A program made the translations under genes and the position numbers. Below are positions 39,593 to 47,135 of a DNA stretch of 64,000 nt, piece by piece. Below the pieces are notes generated by a model. It saw nothing but the letters and a program-made list of their open reading frames with translations, ran no database searches and was not told the DNA's origin. The stretch is taken from NCBI GenBank assembly GCA_009692555.1, contig SHYY01000003.1:25937-89936 (forward strand), read 5' to 3'. Numbering within the stretch: the first letter of the stretch is position 1; each line of letters starts with the position of its first letter. This DNA is from Myxococcales bacterium (GTDB taxonomy: Bacteria > Myxococcota_A > Polyangia > Palsa-1104 > SHYY01).

Positions 39593-40915
39593 CTAACCGC
39601 CGCCATAGCGCCCCCCCGTTGCACTCCCGCCGTACGCTCGCGGCGAGAAATTCCGGTGGACCTTGCCGCTCGGCCGCTCGATTGCGGTCACCGTCGCCCC
39701 GACGGCGGCAAGCTCGGCGGCGATTGCCTCCAGCTCGGAGAGCCGCGCCTCGTCGGGGCGCTCCTGTGGGCGCGCGAGCAGCCAGCCGCCGCGGCGCGGC
39801 CGGTCAGCGATGGCATCGCAGCCAAGCAGCACCTCGACCGGGACCCCCAGCGCCCGCAGCTGCGCCACGGCTGTTGGCAGCCACGGCCCGCGCCGGGCCG
39901 GCGCGAAGAGGACGAGGCGGCCCCCCAGGCTGCGCGCCCGGCCCGCGAAGGCGGCCAGGCCCTCGGCGCCCCGCTCCCGCGCGCTCCGCGACCGGACGAT
40001 CAGCCGCAAGGCGGCGTCGAGATCGCGCGCGCACTCGTCGGAGCCGGCAGCGCCGAACCACCACTCGGCGCCGAGGGCTCCCGACTCGAGCGCCAGACGC
40101 GCCAGCCCGGCGGGCGGCTCGTCCCCCTCGCCAGCGACGAGAAACCCGAACGTGCGGCGCGCCGGGGAGACCGCGCGCTCGGGCACCCTGACCATGAGCG
40201 TGCGGTTGCGCGCGTAGGCCTTCCAGAGCACCAGCTTGATCGGATCCCCGGGCGTGTAGCGGCGCATCTCGATGCGATCCCCGTCGGGCGGCGGCGCGGG
40301 GTGCGAGAAATGGTCGCCCCCGATCAGTGCGCGCATGAGCGGGGCGGTGGGCGGCCTTCCGCGCGCCGGCAGCACGGTGCGCATCGCCGGCTCGCAGAGG
40401 CGTAGCCGGACGCGCGCCAGGCCGAGGACGTCCTCGACCACCAGCTGGCGGACGGTCCGCTGGTGCTCGCCCCGCTCGCCGTGCACCACCACCTCGTGCT
40501 GTCGCCCTCGCCTCTCGACCACCGACACCGCGACTCGTTGCGGATCGAGCCACTCCCATCGGGTGGAGATCAGGGGCAGCCAGCGGAGCCCGGCGAGCGA
40601 GAACCCGGTCTCGACCGCCACCCCTGCGTCGAGCCGCTCCTCGCGTGGAGTGGCCGGCCGGAAGGAGAGGCGAAGCCCGAGCGCGCAGAGGGAAACCAGC
40701 GCGGCCGAGAGCACGCAAAGGCCCATCACGCCGTAGCCTGCGACGTAAAGGATGAGGTCCTGGCGCTCGCTCCCGTAGGCGAAGACGGCGAGGGCGCCAG
40801 CGACGGAGAGCAGCAGGCCGGAGGGGGTCGGCGGGAGGAGATCGAGGCCCCGCTTGACGACGTTCAACAGGGCGCGGGGAGAACGACTTGGCCCGACGGC
40901 GGGCAGGGGAACCAT
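39593..40915 (-). CDS. DUF58-family protein
   Basis: IEMRRYTPGDPIKLVLWKAYARNRTLMVRVPE matches the DUF58 signature (R.Y.pGD....I.WkasAr). It has two N-terminal TM helices. Confidence 0.8.
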   Translation of the reverse strand: MVPLPAVGPSRSPRALLNVVKRGLDLLPPTPSGLLLSVAGALAVFAYGSERQDLILYVAGYGVMGLCVLSAALVSLCALGLRLSFRPATPREERLDAGVAVETGFSLAGLRWLPLISTRWEWLDPQRVAVSVVERRGRQHEVVVHGERGEHQRTVRQLVVEDVLGLARVRLRLCEPAMRTVLPARGRPPTAPLMRALIGGDHFSHPAPPPDGDRIEMRRYTPGDPIKLVLWKAYARNRTLMVRVPERAVSPARRTFGFLVAGEGDEPPAGLARLALESGALGAEWWFGAAGSDECARDLDAALRLIVRSRSARERGAEGLAAFAGRARSLGGRLVLFAPARRGPWLPTAVAQLRALGVPVEVLLGCDAIADRPRRGGWLLARPQERPDEARLSELEAIAAELAAVGATVTAIERPSGKVHRNFSPRAYGGSATGGRYGGG

Positions 40916-41018
40916 CTCGTCATGGTAGCGTGCCTTGGAGCGGCGCGCCGGGACGGTTGGGAGGAGGGAGGAGAAGCGGAAGGGGGAGAGTGGTGCGGGG
41001 GACTTCGTGGAGCCGGAG

Positions 41019-41570
41019 CTACTCGATGTCGCTGATGACGAAGAGGCCCGAGCCGCCCTTGAGCGAGAGGTCGGCCTGGACGGTGGCGGTGCGCTCGTAG
41101 TGCGAGACGGTGGCGTCGCAGTTCAGGTTGCCGTTGGCATACAGACGCGAGATGTGGCCACCCAAGTTGCCAAGGGCGTTGGCGGTCGTGCTGTACCAGA
41201 AATAGTGCGGGTCATCGACCGAGAAGTTGAGCGCCTGCCACGTCGCCCCCTGCCACTGCGAGGTGTTGGGCTGGCACTTGTTACCCACCTGGCCGCAGCA
41301 GGCGTTGAGGGCCGGCGTAAACCCCTGCGAGGACGGGAACATGCGCTGGACGATGTTGCCCGCGCTGTCGGCGTGCTCGGCGACGTGGTAGGTGACCGTC
41401 GAGTCGTACATCTTGCGGATGTTGAGGGCCGCCTCGGTGGTCTTGGAACGCCGGATGTACTTGATGAACGCCGGGATCGCGACCGCCGCCAGAATGCCGA
41501 TGATGGCGACGACGATCATGAGCTCGACCAGGGTGAAGCCTCGAACCAGAGAACGCAGTTTCCGCGACAT
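41019..41570 (-). CDS. Type IV pilin-like protein (prepilin N-terminal cleavage/methylation domain)
   Basis: [11 protein letters not shown]|[36 protein letters not shown] has Gly-1, Phe+1 and Glu+5. The C-terminal globular part carries conserved Cys residues. Confidence 0.85.
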   Translation of the reverse strand: MSRKLRSLVRGFTLVELMIVVAIIGILAAVAIPAFIKYIRRSKTTEAALNIRKMYDSTVTYHVAEHADSAGNIVQRMFPSSQGFTPALNACCGQVGNKCQPNTSQWQGATWQALNFSVDDPHYFWYSTTANALGNLGGHISRLYANGNLNCDATVSHYERTATVQADLSLKGGSGLFVISDIE

Positions 41571-41621
41571 GAAAGCCTCCTAGAGAAGTGGTTGGGGTTG
41601 GGTGGGCAGTCGGGCGGCTAT

Positions 41622-41637
41622 CCAAGTTGTGTGCCAG
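41622..41637 (-). promoter_or_regulatory. Sigma54-like promoter CCTGGCAC-N5-TTGGA upstream of the pilin gene
   Basis: The -24 element is perfect. The -12 element reads TTGG instead of TTGC. It lies ~50 nt upstream of the ATG, which is preceded by GGAGGC. Confidence 0.35.
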
Positions 41638-41731
41638 GGAAGGAAGGCCGCACTGGCGGGGGGATCGTACCTCGAAGGCCTTGGATTGTGACCTTTTTTG
41701 TCACCGCGGGGACCTTTTCCGGCAGCGGCCG

Positions 41732-42298
41732 CTAATCGTTTTCGCTGATCATGAGGAGGGCTCCGCCGCCACGGATCTGGACCTCGCCATCGAGGGTGAG
41801 GGTGCGCTGGAAGAACGAGGTCGCGCCGTCGCAGTTGAGGTCCCCCATCGCCTGGACCTGGGAGAAGTCACCGACCTTGCTGCCAGCACCGAGGGCGTGC
41901 ACGGTCTGGTAGGAGAAGTAGAACGGCTCGTCGACGCTGAAGTTCAAGGCCTGCCAGGTGGGGGTCCGCCAGTGGGCGGGGTTTGGGGCGCACTTGAATC
42001 CGGGCGAGCCGCAGCAGGTGCCGAGGGCGGGACTGATGGACTGTGCGTCGGTGAACTGGAACGCGAGGACCTTGCCGGCGGCATCCGCGTGGATGGTGTG
42101 GTGGTAGGCGATCGCGGAGTCGTAGATGACCCGGATGTTCATCGTCGCCTCTACGGTCTTCGAGCGGCGGACGTAATGGATGAAGGAGGGGATGGCGATC
42201 GCCGCGAGGACGCCGATCACGGCGACGACGATCATCAGCTCGACCAGGGTGAAGCCGGCCGGGAAGGGCGTGGATGAGGCTCCGGGGCGCCGGTTCAT
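41732..42298 (-). CDS. Type IV pilin-like protein (paralog)
   Basis: MNRRPGASSTPFPAG|[36 protein letters not shown]. It shares [13 protein letters not shown] and NCD motifs with the neighbouring pilin. The start is set at ATG 42298; the listed ORF extends spuriously through the repeat. Confidence 0.85.
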   Translation of the reverse strand: MNRRPGASSTPFPAGFTLVELMIVVAVIGVLAAIAIPSFIHYVRRSKTVEATMNIRVIYDSAIAYHHTIHADAAGKVLAFQFTDAQSISPALGTCCGSPGFKCAPNPAHWRTPTWQALNFSVDEPFYFSYQTVHALGAGSKVGDFSQVQAMGDLNCDGATSFFQRTLTLDGEVQIRGGGALLMISEND

Positions 42299-42311
42299 GC
42301 GCGCCCGCCAC

Positions 42312-42327
42312 CCAAGAGCCGTGCCAG
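42312..42327 (-). promoter_or_regulatory. Sigma54-like promoter CCTGGCAC-N5-TTGGG abutting the 57-bp repeat
   Basis: The motif architecture matches 41622..41637, but the -12 element is only ~14 nt from the ATG. This implies a nearly leaderless transcript or a non-functional site. Confidence 0.3.
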
Positions 42328-42448
42328 GCTCAGTCCCCGAAGACCCAGGGGACGCTTTGGAGCCGCCTGCGGCGGGTCGGTGAGGCTCAGTCCCCGAAGA
42401 CCCAGGGGACGCTTTGGAGCCGCCTGCGGCGGGTCGGTGAGGCTCAGT
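42327..42448. repeat. Perfect 57-bp tandem repeat x2 plus an 8-bp third partial copy
   Basis: 42327-42383 and 42384-42440 are identical (GGCTCAGTCCCCGAAGACCCAGGGGACGCTTTGGAGCCGCCTGCGGCGGGTCGGTGA). 42441-42448 repeats GGCTCAGT, which contains the cytochrome stop codon. Confidence 0.95.
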
Positions 42449-44684
42449 GGGCATGCCAGCCCAGGGCGGAGTGGCAATCGGCGCAGCTCCAGCCGCGGAA
42501 CATGTGGTTGGGGTTCTGGGGGCGGTCCTTGGCGTGGCAGGTGACGCACTCGGTGCGGAGGCCGGTCCACTGGTTGTTCTTGTGGCAGTCGGCACACGGG
42601 GTGACGAAGTGGCGGCCGCGCAGGGGGAACTCGCTGCGGTCGTGATCGAAGCGCACCAGGAGCCAGCGATCGGGCTTGTGGCAATCGGCGCATTCGCGGC
42701 CCAGGGCGCCGCGGTGGGGGTCGCCGTGGCAGCTCTGGCAGGCGGGGTCGAGGCGGGCGCCGCGGGCCGTGTCGTGGCAGGTGAGGCACTTCACGGCGGC
42801 GTGGCGGCGCTCGAGGGGGAAGCCGGTCTTCTCGGCGTGCGCGAAGGGCGGGACGTCGGCGAAGCGGGTGGGCTGGTGGCAGCTCGTGCATTCCTTGCCG
42901 AACTGCGCGCCGTGGACCGCGGTGTGGCAGGTGGCGCAGGTGATCGGGCGCGCGACCTTGCTCAGGCGCTCGCGATCGGCGCCGTGGCAGGAGGCGCAGG
43001 CGCGCTTCGCGTGGGCGCCTGAGAGGGCGAAGCCGGTGGCGGCGGCGTGGTCGAAGTTCACGACCTCGTTGAAGCTGGTCTCGGTGTGGCAGCGACGGCA
43101 GTCGGTGCCGAAGCGGGCGCCGTGGGCGTCGGTGTGGCAGGAGGCGCAGGCGGTGGGTGTGCCGACGAACTTGCCGCCGGTGTGGCAGCGCGCGCACGCG
43201 ACCTTCTCGTGCGCCGCGCGGAGCGGGAAGGCGAACTTCGCGTGCTCGGCGAGGCCGATCGTCGAGGGCTTCCACGAGGTTCCGGTGTGGCAGTCGCGGC
43301 ACGACCAGCGCGGCGAGACGGCGTGGGCTCCGTCGTCCGGGGCGAGGTGGGCGCGCGCTTGCGAAGGCGCAGGCAGCGACGGTGATGCGGCTTTCCGCGG
43401 AGCCTTGAACTGGCCCTCGTGCGGGTCGCCGTGGCAGAGAACGCAGGCGTTCGGGCCGGGGACGAAGGCGCCCTTGGCAAAGCGGGTGTGGCAGGTCTGG
43501 CAGGCCACCGGGGAGTGCGCGCCGTCGAGCGGGAAGCGGGTGGTGTCGTGCGAGAAGCGCGCGGGGGTGAAGCCCTTGGTGTCGTGGCAGGCGGCGCAGG
43601 GGCCGAAGTCGCCGTGCTTGGGGGCCTTCGGGCCGGTCAGGAGGTGGCAGCTCTCGCACTTCGTCGGCGCGCCCTTGAAGATGCCGGGCCTGGTGTGGCA
43701 GCTCTCGCAGCCGACGGTGAGGTGCATCCCTTCGAGGGGGAAGCCGACAACTTTCTTGTTGTGGTCGAAGGTCTTCTTTTTCCAGGAGAGCGCGGAGTGG
43801 CAGCGCGCGCAGGCGCCGAGGTCCTCGTGCTTGAGATCTTTCTTGTGGCAGGAGGCGCACTCGAAGGGCGTGGGCTCGAACTTGTAGGCGGGGTGGCAGG
43901 AGAGGCAGGGCGCGGTCTGGTGCTTGCCCGGGAGGATGCAGGCGCAGAAGTCGTGGGCGTGGGTGGCCTTCTTCCAGTCGAGCGGGGTGTGGCAGGTGTC
44001 GCACGCGGCCTTGGTGCCGCCGTGCTTCTGCTCGTGGCAGTCGCCGCAGCTGGCCTTCGCGACGTAGTGGGTGCCGTTCTTGTGGCAGGTGGCGCAGATC
44101 AGGCCCTGGTGGCCGCCGATCATCGGGACCTTGTGATCGGCGGCGGTGCGCGTCGGGGGGACCCAGGCGGCGCTGCTGTGGCACTGCTGGCACTTCGGGC
44201 CGAGCGAGCCCTTGTGGTGGGTGTCGGCGTGGCAGCCGACGCAGGTGGTGGGGATTCCGGCCCATTTCGGGCCGTGTCCACCGTCGGGGTGGCAGCTCTG
44301 GCAGAGGGCCGGCTGGTGGGCGCCGGTGAGGACGACGCCGGTGACCTTGTGATCGAAGGTCTTCGGATCGATCGGCGGGGTGAGGCGGAAGTCCCGGCCC
44401 TTGTGATCGCCGTGGCAGGCGCTGCACTTCTGCTTGGCGAGCGGGCCGTGGAAGCCCTTGCCGGAGCGGACCTGGGCGGCGGTGTGCTCGTGGCAGGAGA
44501 GGCAGTTGGCCTGCGGGATGCCCTGGAAGGGGACGTGGCATTTGTCGCACTTGCCGTCGAGGGCGGCGTGCGGGGCGGCGAGCGGGCCAGGAGTGACGAG
44601 CCCGCGGAAGTCGGCGCGCGCGGATCTGGAGAGCAGCCCGAGAAGGGCGGCGACGGCGACGAGTGGGAGGGCGCGGCGGATCAC
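42444..44684 (-). CDS. Multiheme cytochrome c, 30 CXXCH motifs in 746 aa
   Basis: A GTG start overlaps the upstream stop (GTGA). The signal peptide is VIRRALPLVAVAALLGLLSRSARA. I counted 30 CXXCH motifs, about one per 25 residues, with many extra His residues as distal ligands (c3/c7-type density). Confidence 0.9.
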   Translation of the reverse strand: MIRRALPLVAVAALLGLLSRSARADFRGLVTPGPLAAPHAALDGKCDKCHVPFQGIPQANCLSCHEHTAAQVRSGKGFHGPLAKQKCSACHGDHKGRDFRLTPPIDPKTFDHKVTGVVLTGAHQPALCQSCHPDGGHGPKWAGIPTTCVGCHADTHHKGSLGPKCQQCHSSAAWVPPTRTAADHKVPMIGGHQGLICATCHKNGTHYVAKASCGDCHEQKHGGTKAACDTCHTPLDWKKATHAHDFCACILPGKHQTAPCLSCHPAYKFEPTPFECASCHKKDLKHEDLGACARCHSALSWKKKTFDHNKKVVGFPLEGMHLTVGCESCHTRPGIFKGAPTKCESCHLLTGPKAPKHGDFGPCAACHDTKGFTPARFSHDTTRFPLDGAHSPVACQTCHTRFAKGAFVPGPNACVLCHGDPHEGQFKAPRKAASPSLPAPSQARAHLAPDDGAHAVSPRWSCRDCHTGTSWKPSTIGLAEHAKFAFPLRAAHEKVACARCHTGGKFVGTPTACASCHTDAHGARFGTDCRRCHTETSFNEVVNFDHAAATGFALSGAHAKRACASCHGADRERLSKVARPITCATCHTAVHGAQFGKECTSCHQPTRFADVPPFAHAEKTGFPLERRHAAVKCLTCHDTARGARLDPACQSCHGDPHRGALGRECADCHKPDRWLLVRFDHDRSEFPLRGRHFVTPCADCHKNNQWTGLRTECVTCHAKDRPQNPNHMFRGWSCADCHSALGWHAH

Positions 44685-46120
44685 AGCGCGTACCCCAGCT
44701 GGACCAGCGTCCGGAGCTGCTTCCCGTCGAGGGCCAGCTCGGCGTCGAGGCCGGCGAAGAAGTCGCGCCAGAGCGCGAACAGGCGGAGGTAGGCGATCCG
44801 CTGCGCGCCCAGGACGAGCGGGAAGAGCTCGCTCGTCGGGCCGGCGTCCATGGCTTGCTTGGCGTGATTCGAGAAGGCGAGCCCGGTGCCGATCGCGTCG
44901 GTGTAAAGCACGCCGACGCGCGCGTCGAGCCAGGGGCGGAGGAACGATAGGCCGCCGGTGACGACGAGGTTGCCGCGCGGCTTCTTGCACTCCAGCGGCT
45001 TGGCGGGGTCGCACTCGATGCGGTCGACCTGGTAGACGTCGCCGCCGACGGTGGCGAAGGCGCCGAAGCCGGCGAGCAGGTTCTCCGCGTCGACCTGGCC
45101 CTCGAAGCGGTGGATGACGTCGGTGTTCTCGCGGAAGCGCAGACGGTAGCGCGCACCGACGCGGAGGGCGCGCCAGATCCGCACCCCGGCCTTCAGGGTG
45201 TGATCCTCGAACGAGCCGCCAGCCGCGGCGATCGCGTTGTTGAGCGGCTGCACCGGGACGAGCAGGCGCACGCGCTGGAAATCGAAGGCGTAGGAGAGGC
45301 GGAGGCGCTTTTGCGGCCGCCACTCACCGACGGCGTAGGCCATGAGCGATCCGATCGGCTGGCTGTCGACGGTCGGGACGTCGGTGAAGTGGCCGGCCTG
45401 CGACGAGTAGGTGACCAGGTAGCGCGAGCCAAGCGTCAGGCCGCCCGCGAGCATCACGTCGGCGTGGGGGAGGACGAGGAGCTGGGCGTCGAGGAAGTTC
45501 TCGTTGGTCTGACGGCTGGCCGGCGTCGCCTCGGCCGCGCCGCGCTGGAACTCGAGGAGATCGTCGGTGCGGGTGAAGAACAGCGAGGCGCGGACCACCG
45601 GATGGTCGACGGCGGCGCCGGCGCCGTAGAGGGGGAGAAGGTGGCCGCGGAAGGTGGCGTCGGCGCGACCGCCGGTGAAGGCGCGGACGCCGCCGTAGGC
45701 TTGCAGCGAGAGGGGGCCCAGGCGGAGGGTGGCCGCGCCGCCGTCGTTGATCAGCCAGAATCCGCCGCCGACCGGGAAGCGACCGACGGTGAGGTCGAGC
45801 CGCCCGAACAGGTCGTTGACCCGCAGGGAGAGGTTGTGGAGCTGGTGGCGCGACTGCTTGCTGTTGTAGCCGAGCGATGAGTCGGCGGCGAGGAACGACT
45901 CGCGATCGCGGTAGTCGAGGCGGAGATCGAAGCGCTTGCCGAGGCGGCGGAGATCGGCGCGCAGCGCGAAGCCGAGGTCGAGGTTGGCCGGGCTGCCGGT
46001 GCCGGGCTGGTTGACGCCGAAGAGATCGATCCCGCCGAGGAGGTGCAGATCGGCAGCGCGGGAGGCCCCGGGGGCAGCCGCGACGAGGGCCGCGGCGGCG
46101 ATCGCCAGGAGGCGTCTCAC
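44681..46120 (-). CDS. Putative outer-membrane beta-barrel protein
   Basis: The GTG start overlaps the upstream stop (GTGA). The signal peptide is VRRLLAIAAAALVAAAPGASRA. Alternating amphipathic strand patterns occur (RLDLTVGRF, LRLSYAFDF, VGARYRLRF) and the sequence is Gly/Asp/Arg-rich with no long hydrophobic helix. The C-terminus is ...VQLGYAL. No family was recognised. Confidence 0.5.
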   Translation of the reverse strand: MRRLLAIAAAALVAAAPGASRAADLHLLGGIDLFGVNQPGTGSPANLDLGFALRADLRRLGKRFDLRLDYRDRESFLAADSSLGYNSKQSRHQLHNLSLRVNDLFGRLDLTVGRFPVGGGFWLINDGGAATLRLGPLSLQAYGGVRAFTGGRADATFRGHLLPLYGAGAAVDHPVVRASLFFTRTDDLLEFQRGAAEATPASRQTNENFLDAQLLVLPHADVMLAGGLTLGSRYLVTYSSQAGHFTDVPTVDSQPIGSLMAYAVGEWRPQKRLRLSYAFDFQRVRLLVPVQPLNNAIAAAGGSFEDHTLKAGVRIWRALRVGARYRLRFRENTDVIHRFEGQVDAENLLAGFGAFATVGGDVYQVDRIECDPAKPLECKKPRGNLVVTGGLSFLRPWLDARVGVLYTDAIGTGLAFSNHAKQAMDAGPTSELFPLVLGAQRIAYLRLFALWRDFFAGLDAELALDGKQLRTLVQLGYAL

Positions 46121-47019
46121 CCGGTCATTCCTGCGCTGTAAATGTAGTGGCCGAGGACGTGGAGAATGGTCGCGCCGAGGAGGATGAAGGTCAGCGGCTT
46201 GTGCAGGATCGTCCAGCCACGGAAGAGGCGCTCGGCCGCGTTGAAGGTGGCGAGGCGGCGGGCGAGCATCACCCGGCGGCGGGTGGCGGCGACGAAGGCT
46301 TCGAGCTTCTCGCGATCCTCCCGCTCGCTGTGCAGCGCGAGGAGCTGGGTCTGACGATCGGCCAGGGCGCGCTCGAGCTGGCGCAGGGCGCGCCGGGCGC
46401 GGAGGTCTTCGCCGAGGATGCGCAGAAGAGGAACCCGGCCGGTCAGCGTCGGCGCGTCCTGCTCGCACGCCGCGATGGCCGCCGCCACCTCGGGGGTGGG
46501 GACATGGCCGCCGACTCCCTTCAGGTCCGCGAGCTCGGCCTCGATCTGCTTCGCGTTGAGGCGATCGCCCGCGAGTGACTTCGGGATGAGCGCGTACAGG
46601 TAGCGCCCGAACAGCCCCGAGGCGACCACGATCGCGACGCACAGGATGTTGAGGCCCTGGATGCTCTTCGCCTGGTGGAGGTGCAGGCTGTGGTAGGTGA
46701 CGAAGAGCGCCCCCTGGAGGCCGAGGAAGATGTGGAGGTGGAGCCAGGAGCGCAGCCTTCCGAGGCCACGCATCGCCTTCAGCCGGCGGCGCAGCGAGTA
46801 GATGTGCATCAGCACCATGGAGGCGGTGCCGGCCCAGCCGAGGAGGTAGCTGTAGCGGCCGGAGCCCGACTGCTCGGGGGCCAGAACGGCGAGGGCCACC
46901 AGCGCGGCTACCTCGGCCAGAAGCAGCGCGTAATAGGCGGCCGGCAGCACCACCTCGGCGGGGGGCGCCGCTTTTTTGTTGATCCCGGTGACCGGCGCAG
47001 CCTGGCTCTCCGTCGTCAC
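46117..47019 (-). CDS. Polytopic inner-membrane protein with two intramembrane His pairs (candidate di-heme b-type/ferric-reductase-like domain) and a cytoplasmic coiled-coil insert
   Basis: 300 aa with 5 predicted TM helices. His96/His110 lie in one TM (WLHLHIFLGLQGALFVTYH) and His273/His287 in the last TM (ILHKPLTFILLGATILH), each pair 14 residues apart. An LRRR...G...W..LH pattern resembles ferric-reductase-type domains. Confidence 0.5.
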   Translation of the reverse strand: MTTESQAAPVTGINKKAAPPAEVVLPAAYYALLLAEVAALVALAVLAPEQSGSGRYSYLLGWAGTASMVLMHIYSLRRRLKAMRGLGRLRSWLHLHIFLGLQGALFVTYHSLHLHQAKSIQGLNILCVAIVVASGLFGRYLYALIPKSLAGDRLNAKQIEAELADLKGVGGHVPTPEVAAAIAACEQDAPTLTGRVPLLRILGEDLRARRALRQLERALADRQTQLLALHSEREDREKLEAFVAATRRRVMLARRLATFNAAERLFRGWTILHKPLTFILLGATILHVLGHYIYSAGMTG

Positions 47020-47135
47020 GGCCCCTTGCGCCTGAAGGTCATACGGGAGGCGCCCGGGGTGGACGTTAGTCGGGGGCCGGGCGGGGTGTCAAGGATTCAG
47101 GATGACAGGATGCAGGGGCGTGGTAGCGTCCGCGG

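Noticed and set aside
42327-42446. The idea that the in-frame TGA codons spaced 57 nt apart, each followed by a hairpin, signal selenocysteine insertion or programmed read-through that extends the cytochrome.
   Set aside because: - The extension peptide (ASPTRRRRLQSVPWVFGD) is repeated verbatim and has no heme motif or recognisable function.
- The hairpins do not obviously match the bacterial SECIS loop.
- Simple tandem duplication of the gene's 3' flank explains the periodic stops.
This is still worth a glance if selA/selB are present in the genome.
42295-45156. A 953-aa alternative-frame ORF on the same strand as the cytochrome gene, and plus-strand ORFs across 42447..44792.
   Set aside because: They have no heme motifs or domains and are Arg/Pro-rich. 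The 30xCXXCH frame is unambiguous.
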